Origin: an uncultured Methanomassiliicoccales archaeon
GTDB taxonomy: Archaea > Thermoplasmatota > Thermoplasmata > RBG-16-68-12 > JAJISG01
Assembly (NCBI GenBank): GCA_964347345.1
Contig: CAYFYB010000005.1
Location: forward strand, 29,547 to 53,546
Reading direction: 5' to 3'
Length of the DNA stretch: 24,000 bases
A program made the translations under genes and the position numbers. Of the stretch, positions 17,265 to 24,000 are shown piece by piece; positions within the stretch are counted from its first letter, which is position 1, and each line of letters begins with the position of its first letter. The notes beneath the pieces are model-generated. The model was given only the letters and a program-made list of their open reading frames with translations. It had not been told where the DNA came from and did not search any database.

Positions 17265-17942
17265 CTATGGGTCCTCCGGGCCTGAGAGCCTCTCATATGC
17301 CGTTATGAGTTCACTCGCCACTGTCCATATCTTCAAAGGGGACCGCCAGAGGGAGAAGCGCTTCGGAGCTAGCTCCCTCACGGGGCTAAGGAAGTCTCCA
17401 TGAGGAAAGCCGCCGACGACGCAGCTGACGTTGGGGCCCGATTCCCTGAACACAGTCATCGGGTCCATTATGGGGGCGTCTTCAGCAAGGGCTACCACCG
17501 GGCCCTTGAAACGCTCAAGCAGGTCTGACAGGGAGACGCCTGACTCAAATCTCAGGAGGGGGCTCTCCTTCGAGGGTACCACGCCTTCCGCAAAGAGGGC
17601 CTCCATGAGGCCGAGGAAGCGGTTATAGTTCTTTGGCAGTCTTGTCTCGGGTGAAATCTGTATGACATCGTTGTTCCTAGTATGCACGATGGTCTCCAAC
17701 TCTCCTCGGAGGTTCAGGATGGAATCGAGGCAAATCAGCAGGAACACATGGACGATGTCGGGCCTTCCCCTCCGATCGCCGTCGGGGAGCCCGCGAAGGG
17801 CTGCATGGAGGAAACTGCTGTCCAAGAGGAGCTGGGTAGGTGGTTTCCCCCTTTTCCCGGCGTAACTCCTCACGGAAGCGTGTCCCGTTAGCTCCTGAGG
17901 AATGAGCTCCAACTCAGCGTCGACAAGGATGATCCTTAGCAA
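17265..17942 (-). CDS. nep1: ribosomal RNA small subunit pseudouridine-N1 methyltransferase Nep1 (EMG1 family, SPOUT fold)
   Basis: 225 aa with a TTG start. LRIILVDAELELIP...LLDSSFLHAAL...RGRPDIVHVFLL..LDS.LN...L...VHT.NN.VI.I.P..R.P.NY.RF.GLME.L matches the Nep1 pattern. Confidence 0.85.
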   Translation of the reverse strand: MLRIILVDAELELIPQELTGHASVRSYAGKRGKPPTQLLLDSSFLHAALRGLPDGDRRGRPDIVHVFLLICLDSILNLRGELETIVHTRNNDVIQISPETRLPKNYNRFLGLMEALFAEGVVPSKESPLLRFESGVSLSDLLERFKGPVVALAEDAPIMDPMTVFRESGPNVSCVVGGFPHGDFLSPVRELAPKRFSLWRSPLKIWTVASELITAYERLSGPEDP

Positions 17943-17951
17943 GGAGAACCC

Positions 17952-19016
17952 TCAGGTGAGGACTTCGAAGAGTCTGCCCTGCTTCTCTGCCAGTCGGATC
18001 TCCCTGGCTATCCTCCGGCCAGTGGACATTCCCGGCTCTAGGAGGTCGGAGTAGGGACTTCCCGAGATGTAGAGGTTCGTACCAGCAACAATCCTGCTGG
18101 AGACTTCAAAGACCTTGAAGTGGAGCTGGTCCGTCACGATGGTCTCCAGGCAGAAGGGGCCGATCATTCCGCCGAAGAGGTCCAGAGACTTCTCCACAAC
18201 GTGCTCCCCCATCTCCAGTACCTTTGGCAGCAGGGACTCTCTCAAGACGGTAGGGATATTCCCGGTGACGATGAAGGTCGGGTAGATGCCCAGCTTCTTC
18301 AGGGACTCCTGGGCCCCCAGCTTGTACATTTCATCGATATTGCTTTCGTCTCTCCTGTCGATGCCCAGGAGTTCCAAGGTCCCTTTGCTGAGCTTGTAAC
18401 CTTCGTTCCCTATGGGAGAGTAGAAGAAGTGTATGTAGTATCTGGTCCCGATGACGTACTCCTGGATGGTGTAGGGCTGGCTCTTATCCACCGACTGCAG
18501 GAACTCCTCGTAGTTCTTGGCGATGAAGGAGCCGCGGCCACCCTTGGCCCCGTGATACTTCACGAATACTGGCCGGTCGATGGCGTCCGGCCTCTCAATC
18601 TTTGCGGGCATGTCCACCCCTGCCGCGGCCAGCCAGACCCTCTGCTTCTCCCGGTCCGCCTCCCATTCAATGACCCGACGGTTGCCAAAGGTGGGTACCT
18701 CGAAGTCAAAGAAGGCCTGGGCACCCATGTACTCCACGAAAGAACCGTGGGGGACCGCGATGGCCTCCATCTCCACCAGCTCAGAGGCGTGGCGGGAGAG
18801 CTCCTTGTAGCTATCAACAGAGAGGAACGTATCGGGCCGGGCGTTGGGGAAGGCGTCGTAGAACCTCGGCTTCTCGCCGATGGCGATGCCGATGGTCTTG
18901 AAGCCCTCCTGCCTAGCACCGTGAAAGATCTGGAGAGAAGAGTGAGAGCAGACGGTGGCTATGGCGGGGTCTTCATAGCCCTCGAGGATCTCAGCGATCC
19001 TCTTTGGTGTTACCAT
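17952..19016 (-). CDS. purP: 5-formaminoimidazole-4-carboxamide-1-(beta)-D-ribofuranosyl 5'-monophosphate synthetase (archaeal FAICAR synthetase, ATP-grasp)
   Basis: 354 aa. IATVCSHSSLQIFHGARQEGFKTIGI, VPHGSFVEYMG and FVKYHGAKGGRGSFIA are characteristic PurP segments. Confidence 0.9.
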   Translation of the reverse strand: MVTPKRIAEILEGYEDPAIATVCSHSSLQIFHGARQEGFKTIGIAIGEKPRFYDAFPNARPDTFLSVDSYKELSRHASELVEMEAIAVPHGSFVEYMGAQAFFDFEVPTFGNRRVIEWEADREKQRVWLAAAGVDMPAKIERPDAIDRPVFVKYHGAKGGRGSFIAKNYEEFLQSVDKSQPYTIQEYVIGTRYYIHFFYSPIGNEGYKLSKGTLELLGIDRRDESNIDEMYKLGAQESLKKLGIYPTFIVTGNIPTVLRESLLPKVLEMGEHVVEKSLDLFGGMIGPFCLETIVTDQLHFKVFEVSSRIVAGTNLYISGSPYSDLLEPGMSTGRRIAREIRLAEKQGRLFEVLT

Positions 19017-19058
19017 TAGAGTACAATGATGAGAGCCAGCTTTAAAGGTTTTCCAGTC

Positions 19059-19304
19059 TTAGTCGCGAAGCTCAGCCTTGAGCTCCTCAATCTCTCTCTG
19101 CATCTCCAACAGCGCAGAGAGAATGGCGGTTTCCAACGGGTCCAGATGGGCACAAAAGCTGGCGGCGGATGAATGTTGGCGAACCTTCGTGACGATCTCA
19201 TCGAAGAGCCTTCTGTCCTTCTCCCGCAAGGCCCTCCTGTAGTCCATCCAGGAACCGACAATGGACTCCAGGTGCATCCGGTATGTGGGTACCGTCCTTC
19301 CCAT
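19059..19304 (-). CDS. hypothetical small protein (81 aa; could start at GTG 19367 for 102 aa)
   Basis: MGRTVPTYRMHLESIVGSWMDYRRALREKDRRLFDEIVTKVRQHSSAASFCAHLDPLETAILSALLEMQREIEELKAELRD is predicted helical and has coding-like composition. It follows panE on the same strand. No family recognised with certainty. Confidence 0.45.
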   Translation of the reverse strand: MGRTVPTYRMHLESIVGSWMDYRRALREKDRRLFDEIVTKVRQHSSAASFCAHLDPLETAILSALLEMQREIEELKAELRD

Positions 19305-19368
19305 GCTCGGGAGAGGCACTCTTCGCCTCTTAAATGAATGAGAGGGGGGTGGATGAAAGTGCCTCACA

Positions 19369-20328
19369 CTACCCAGGAGCCTCGACGATCCCCTTCACGA
19401 TTTTATAGGCCAGAGACAAGACCCGTGCTTCTACGCCGAGTCGATCCGCCTCCCGGACAACGTATCCCACCGTCTCCTCCAGCTCCGTCCTTCTACCTGC
19501 TTCCAGATCCTGGAGCATGGATATCTTCACCTTGGTCATTCCGGCCTTCTCCAAGGCGCGGCCTCTCTCCAGCACGCTCCTAACCGCCTCTTCATAGGGC
19601 AGCCGAAGCACGTCTTCCACGCGGAAGCTGGCCACATCCCTGAGCCGGTGGCCCAGGGCCCTGGCGACGACCTCAGCCTCCCGGCTCATGTTGACAAACA
19701 GCTCCGCCAGTGGTCTGGAAGCGCAAACCCGATGGTACTCCAGCCTGCTGAGGGCGGAGACCATGGAGGCTGCGCAGTACTGGCAGAGCTTAGACCACTC
19801 ATCATCCTCAATGCCCCCCGATGCCTCCGCTTTCAGTCCGCTTCTGTTGAATATGTCTACGGCTCGTAGGACGCGGTCACTCCCCTCACCGCCCAGCTCA
19901 CCGAAGACGGTAGCTCCGTTGTAGGTGTAGGCGACAACCCCAGGCCCCACCACGGACGCCCCTACCCCCGTCAGCCCCCCTATGACCTTTTCGCTACCGA
20001 ATCTTCGGGCCAAAACATCGTTCTTCATGACGCCATTCTGAAGGGAGGCAACCACATTCACATCGAAGCTGACTCCGTCCAGGGCAGCCTCGGAATCATA
20101 GGTCTTTGTGGTAAGGAGAAGAAGATCCGCGGCATCTACATCCTTCGGGTCCGCGGTGGCTTCTACCGCCACAGTGAAGGATTCCAGGCCCGTCACCTGA
20201 AGGCCCCTCTCCCGGATGCGCTCCACGTGAGCCTCTCTGCCAATGAGTACGACGTCCTGTTCCGACCTCGCCAGGAAGGCCCCTATGACTGACCCAAGGC
20301 TGCCTGCGCCGAGGATGACTACCCTCAT
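19369..20328 (-). CDS. panE: 2-dehydropantoate 2-reductase (ketopantoate reductase, ApbA/PanE family)
   Basis: 319 aa. N-terminal Rossmann motif MRVVILGAGSLGSVIGAFLA. Overall layout is an ApbA N-domain plus a helical C-domain (..K.S(M/T)LQD.E.GR.TE.....G.V...A...G...P). Confidence 0.8.
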   Translation of the reverse strand: MRVVILGAGSLGSVIGAFLARSEQDVVLIGREAHVERIRERGLQVTGLESFTVAVEATADPKDVDAADLLLLTTKTYDSEAALDGVSFDVNVVASLQNGVMKNDVLARRFGSEKVIGGLTGVGASVVGPGVVAYTYNGATVFGELGGEGSDRVLRAVDIFNRSGLKAEASGGIEDDEWSKLCQYCAASMVSALSRLEYHRVCASRPLAELFVNMSREAEVVARALGHRLRDVASFRVEDVLRLPYEEAVRSVLERGRALEKAGMTKVKISMLQDLEAGRRTELEETVGYVVREADRLGVEARVLSLAYKIVKGIVEAPG

Positions 20329-20418
20329 GGACTCAGGGAGAGGATTTCAATGGAGAAGAGATTTTCCCCGGCTCTCTTCGGGGCCTTTCGTGCCTTCCTT
20401 CAAGACGACAGGAGTGGA

Positions 20419-21186
20419 CTAGCAGAATACCGATATCTCAACCTGTCTCGTTCGCTCCCGGAATCCCGTGTCGATGGCTGGCAGTGGTTCCGATATCGCC
20501 ATCTGAGAGGAGTGAAGCCCGGTGACGTAGTCCTCCAGCACGGACTGGTTCGGGGGTACGGGCAGAAACGGTGTGCTCCTGCCCTCTGCGGGAATGGATA
20601 CGAGGAGGCCGCCCTTGATGTTCTGTATCCTCACCACCTTATCGGCCATCTGGTGGAGGAGGTTTCCAATGCCCCTCCTCCTGTACAGCTGGGAGAGGCC
20701 GTGATTGGTCACCAGACCTATGATCTCTTCCTCCCTCACCAGGTCTCTCACCCCTTTCAGTCCCCGTCGGAGGAGGTGGTAGGCCTCCTGGTACTCCACA
20801 TCCTCGTCCATGAAGAGGTCTGGCAAACAGGCTAGGACCAGGAGTCCGGGGCCCGCTCTCACCTCTTCCTCCAGGGATTCCAGCAGAAGGGAGGCCATCT
20901 GGTAGGCGGTGAAGGCCCGGGCAACCCTTATGCGGCCCAGCACCCTCTGCCTAGGCACTCCATGCCTCTTGGCGAGGGAGGCGATGGTATAGGGGTTGAT
21001 GGAGTTCCCGCCATCCACGTAGACCACCTCCCTGTCGAAGTCTAGGATGTGGCGGACGCACAGCAGAAAGGTCAGGTCGTGGACGAAGCTGCTGGCGCTG
21101 TTCAGGAAGGTGACCTTGGAGGGCTCGAATCCCCCCAGAAGGTTATCCAGTATCCCGTTGGAAGTGTAAAGCCTAGGGGGGCTCAT
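20419..21186 (-). CDS. RadB/RecA-superfamily-like protein with degenerate nucleotide-binding motifs
   Basis: 255 aa from ATG 21186 (GGAGG 11 nt upstream). TSNGILDNLLGGFEPSKVTFL aligns with RadA/RadB STG...LD.LLGGG...G.(I/L)T...G. The expected GxxGxGK(T/S) is replaced by NSASSFVH. A RadB-like VYVD, LLVL..LPDLF and GLVTNH core follows. Confidence 0.6.
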   Translation of the reverse strand: MSPPRLYTSNGILDNLLGGFEPSKVTFLNSASSFVHDLTFLLCVRHILDFDREVVYVDGGNSINPYTIASLAKRHGVPRQRVLGRIRVARAFTAYQMASLLLESLEEEVRAGPGLLVLACLPDLFMDEDVEYQEAYHLLRRGLKGVRDLVREEEIIGLVTNHGLSQLYRRRGIGNLLHQMADKVVRIQNIKGGLLVSIPAEGRSTPFLPVPPNQSVLEDYVTGLHSSQMAISEPLPAIDTGFRERTRQVEISVFC

Positions 21187-21332
21187 CCTAACTTGGCCTC
21201 CTGTTGTCAACCTCCCCGCGAAGCGGTAAGCGTGAAGGGCTTACCACCCCTCCATATAAAGGGGGACGGGGGGGAGGTGGCTAAAAGTGATCCCAGGAAG
21301 AGCCTTAAGACGCATCTGGCCATGTCAGGGAC

Positions 21333-21845
21333 ATGGCGCAACGCGTGCTGCCCTTCGAAGAAGTGGAAAGGCAGCTCCGGAAGAGAAGCTTCGGAATCCT
21401 GGGGACGGTCACACCGAAGGGAGCACCGCATGCCACCTGCGTGCTCTACGGCGTCTCCCCACCGGAGGAGAAACTGGCTCTCTATGTGGTCACGGAGAGG
21501 CACTACAGGAAGACGCGTAATGTCCTGGCGGACCCTCATGTCTGGTTTGTCGTGCCCGTCCCTCATGCCATCCTCCGGTTCGTGCCGCCATCCTGCATCC
21601 AGTTCCCGGGAGCGGCGGACGTTCGGAGCCTGGACGACCCCGTAGGTCGCGCTGCCTTCGGCCAGGATCGCATTCTGAGGATGTCCATCGAGCAGGCGGA
21701 GCGGGACGAGTACGATGCCGTCTTCCTCCGGGTACGTCCCGGAAAGAGAGTCTTCGGTTACGGTCTCGGAATCAGCTTGCTGGAGCTCCGGCGTGACGTT
21801 GGCAAGGGACCTTTCACTACGATCGTACCCGATGCCAGACGGTAG
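21333..21845 (+). CDS. pyridoxamine 5'-phosphate oxidase-family (FMN-binding split-barrel) protein
   Basis: 170 aa. L...SFGILGTV.P.G.PH...V.Y.......LY..T....RK.RN(V/I)..(D/N)P.V is the PNPOx-like pattern. The specific function cannot be called. Confidence 0.65.
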   Translation: MAQRVLPFEEVERQLRKRSFGILGTVTPKGAPHATCVLYGVSPPEEKLALYVVTERHYRKTRNVLADPHVWFVVPVPHAILRFVPPSCIQFPGAADVRSLDDPVGRAAFGQDRILRMSIEQAERDEYDAVFLRVRPGKRVFGYGLGISLLELRRDVGKGPFTTIVPDARR

Positions 21846-21874
21846 TGAAGCGCCCTAGTGCCCGGGGACGAAGG

Positions 21875-22483
21875 CTACCACGTTCGCGGCGGAGCGGCTG
21901 GCCGCTTCATAACCTTCCGAAGCTTCTCCTCATATTTCTTCACCACAAGCTCCTGCACGATGGAGCCAGCGATGGCGATGCCCGCAGCCGAGAGGAAGCT
22001 TAGCTGAAGGTCGTTTGTAAGCAGGAAGATACCGACCCCAGCGAGGACGCTTCCAACCAGAGCGGTGACGTAGCTCAGGAGCCTTTCCATGTAGTAGAAG
22101 GTCAGGGAGAAGATGACAAGCATCACGAGGATGCCAGCGATCAAGGCATCGTTTCGGCTCATCTGCTCCAACAGGCTCCTGTATGACACGTACAGGCCCA
22201 GGGCCCCGGCCATGCCCGCGAGGGCCACCTCAACTATCCACGTGAACAGCATGCTACCGATGATGGCGCCTACCAGGGCCAGGGCAAGGGCCACCAGACC
22301 CGGCATGAGGAGAGCGCCAAGATTGTATCCAACGGCGGCCCCGAGAATCATTCCCAGAAGGGTCATCAACCTCCCCCATATGGCCCTTCCAACGAAGCCC
22401 AGGCTTACCCCGATGGCCACGTATATGTAGGAGATGATGGCCAGGGCGAAGGAGGGAATGAGGAAGGGCATGATCTCGACCAA
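21875..22483 (-). CDS. polytopic membrane protein, hypothetical (about 6 TM helices, basic C-tail)
   Basis: 202 aa, almost entirely G/A/L/I/V-rich helices, ending in a charged tail KKYEEKLRKVMKRPAAPPRTW. No family recognised. Confidence 0.55.
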   Translation of the reverse strand: MVEIMPFLIPSFALAIISYIYVAIGVSLGFVGRAIWGRLMTLLGMILGAAVGYNLGALLMPGLVALALALVGAIIGSMLFTWIVEVALAGMAGALGLYVSYRSLLEQMSRNDALIAGILVMLVIFSLTFYYMERLLSYVTALVGSVLAGVGIFLLTNDLQLSFLSAAGIAIAGSIVQELVVKKYEEKLRKVMKRPAAPPRTW

Positions 22484-22559
22484 CGTTTGCCTCCGACCAA
22501 GGTGGAGGGGTGGGGTGCATTAACCTTTATCCCTTGGTTCTCAGGAAAAGTGTGAGATC

Positions 22560-24000
22560 CTAAAGCACCTCATCAGCCTTGGCCGCAATCTTGTCCAAGG
22601 TCTCGTGGGTCACCTTTCCCTTCAGGATGTGCTCCCTCACGTTCATGTCGTCGTACTGCATCACGTCGATGACCGTCGGTATCCTTATGGCGTCTCCGAG
22701 AACGGCCACACAGCGCGCGGGGATCGTGGAGATTATGCTCTCCCACATGCTCCTGTCGGGAACTCCAGCCAGAGCCGAGGTCACATCGCTGGGCTCCTTC
22801 AGGGACATGACAAGCCTGTTGGCCAGCTGGCTCCGCACCTCATCGTCAATCTTGGACGGCCTTTGGTCCACCAGGGCCAGGAGGAGGTTGAACTTCCTCG
22901 TCTCCCGGGCGAGCTTGCTGAAGATTGTGTAGGTGGCGATCCCTGGATCCAGGAACTTGTGGGCCTCCTCCAGGAATAGGACGAGCCTGGGAAGCTCCTC
23001 GTTCTTCTCGGTGTAAAGGTCGAAGAGGCGGCGCGCCAGGACGTTGGCCACGAATAGGTATACCATGTGATCTGTCCCGAAGTCCCCGAAGTCCAGGACG
23101 AGGGACTTCCCCTCCCGAATCAGGCCGACGATGGTGGAAAAGGCATCCTTCCCGGTGGGCCGGATGAAGGGGAGGCGCTGAAGACGGCCCATCCTTCTCT
23201 TGAGGGCATTGAGGACAGTGGGATGCACCTTGGTCTCGTCGTACTCCTCCGGCAAGGCCTCGCGGATAGCCGTCACCAGGTCCGTCACCCGGCGCCTATC
23301 CACCTCGTAGATGGCGTCGATCATGTTCTGGTTCAGGTCCTGGAGGGCTACGATGAGGTCCTCGGGCCTAATCTCCTCCGGGTCTACGAGGAACGGCCTG
23401 GCCTCCCTGTTCTTCGGGTCCAGGGAGAGAATCTCCACCCTCTCTGGGAAGAAGAACTTGAGACCCTCTGTCTTGTCCGTCCTGGAGTAGATGCCATACT
23501 CGCCATGCATATCAAAGACCAGGACGGACCCCGCCCTTTTTGCCAGGACGCCGCAGCATACCAGCTTGTTGAGGATGCTCTTCCCCATCCCCGTCCTGCC
23601 GAAGATGGCGAAGGGCTTCTCCGTCAGCTTCTCGAAGTCCACGTGCACGTAGAACTTGGAGACGCCACGGATGGTGCCCATAGGGGCCGACCTGTGGGTC
23701 TTCTGGTAGATGAGTTCTACGTCCTTCTCGACGGCATGTCGGGTCTCGGAGAAGTAGGGCGGTATCGTCTCGGGCTCCGAGAGACGGCCGGTCTCCTTAT
23801 CAATGAGCTGGATGGGCCTCAGCAGCGCTTTGGAGTAGAAGATCGGGCCTCCGTAGCCCTCCTGCATGTCCGCGGGCATGATGGAGTCCCGCAGACGGGA
23901 CCCTGCCAGCCTCTCGGCGATGTCGGATGCCTCGTTGACTATGTCGTGGACCATGCAGTAGAAGTCGTACCGGCGACCCTCCACGATGACCGGGTAGCCG
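22560..24000 (-). CDS. HerA/FtsK-superfamily ATPase (DUF87/COG0433-like), N-terminus outside the window
   Basis: The frame stays open to the window edge (...GYPVIVEGRRYDFYCMVHDIV). Walker A FGRTGMGKS, Walker B LVLFLEEAHKF, and the HerA-type LLALVDQRPS segment are present. Confidence 0.8.
   Translation of the reverse strand, partial: GYPVIVEGRRYDFYCMVHDIVNEASDIAERLAGSRLRDSIMPADMQEGYGGPIFYSKALLRPIQLIDKETGRLSEPETIPPYFSETRHAVEKDVELIYQKTHRSAPMGTIRGVSKFYVHVDFEKLTEKPFAIFGRTGMGKSILNKLVCCGVLAKRAGSVLVFDMHGEYGIYSRTDKTEGLKFFFPERVEILSLDPKNREARPFLVDPEEIRPEDLIVALQDLNQNMIDAIYEVDRRRVTDLVTAIREALPEEYDETKVHPTVLNALKRRMGRLQRLPFIRPTGKDAFSTIVGLIREGKSLVLDFGDFGTDHMVYLFVANVLARRLFDLYTEKNEELPRLVLFLEEAHKFLDPGIATYTIFSKLARETRKFNLLLALVDQRPSKIDDEVRSQLANRLVMSLKEPSDVTSALAGVPDRSMWESIISTIPARCVAVLGDAIRIPTVIDVMQYDDMNVREHILKGKVTHETLDKIAAKADEVL

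Noticed and set aside
18120-19019. 299-aa ORF on the plus strand.
   Set aside because: It lies entirely antisense to purP, which has strong family motifs. The product is G/L/V/H/D/R-rich low-information sequence typical of shadow ORFs in GC-rich coding DNA.
20350-20835. 161-aa plus-strand ORF.
   Set aside because: Antisense to the RadB-like gene, which has a recognisable fold pattern and an SD-preceded ATG.
1-24000. CRISPR arrays, IS elements or transposases, rRNA genes, prophage genes.
   Set aside because: By eye, no spaced direct-repeat arrays, terminal inverted repeats flanking an ORF, or recognisable transposase, integrase or rRNA sequence were found on either strand.

Overview
High-GC, gene-dense chromosomal segment that looks archaeal and euryarchaeote-like. 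The markers are a split GMP synthase (guaAB/guaAA), PurP, Nep1, UPF0147, DUF131, a PAC2-type protein, and TATA-like boxes about 25-30 nt upstream of gene starts. Most content is housekeeping: purE fragment, guaAB, guaAA, a short PGDH-like dehydrogenase, DUF131 membrane protein, carA-carB, Mut7-C RNase-domain protein, riboflavin-pathway reductase, PAC2-family protein, rtcA, TerC-family transporter, Zn-ADH, tRNA-Gly(CCC), UPF0147, a stand-alone AsnC-type RAM domain, nep1, purP, panE, a PNPOx-like flavoprotein and a HerA/FtsK-type ATPase cut by the window edge. I saw no CRISPR array, transposase or integrase. Main finding: carB is interrupted, 28 codons into the gene, by exactly 29 nt. In the mRNA sense these 29 nt fold into a near-canonical archaeal bulge-helix-bulge (BHB) motif, and its predicted cleavage sites would rejoin the conserved GQAAE|FDYSG motif in frame. 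This is a candidate splicing-endonuclease intron in a protein-coding gene. Other items worth a second look: (1) a 306-nt strongly self-complementary non-coding region upstream of the TerC gene, whose 3' hairpin occludes the Shine-Dalgarno sequence; (2) a lower-GC islet next to tRNA-Gly encoding a secreted protein with three tandem ~126-aa modules carrying DxDxDG motifs; (3) a RadB/RecA-like protein with a destroyed Walker A motif; (4) the partial HerA-like ATPase. Many long ORFs in the supplied track are antisense shadows of real genes, as expected in GC-rich DNA, and were rejected.
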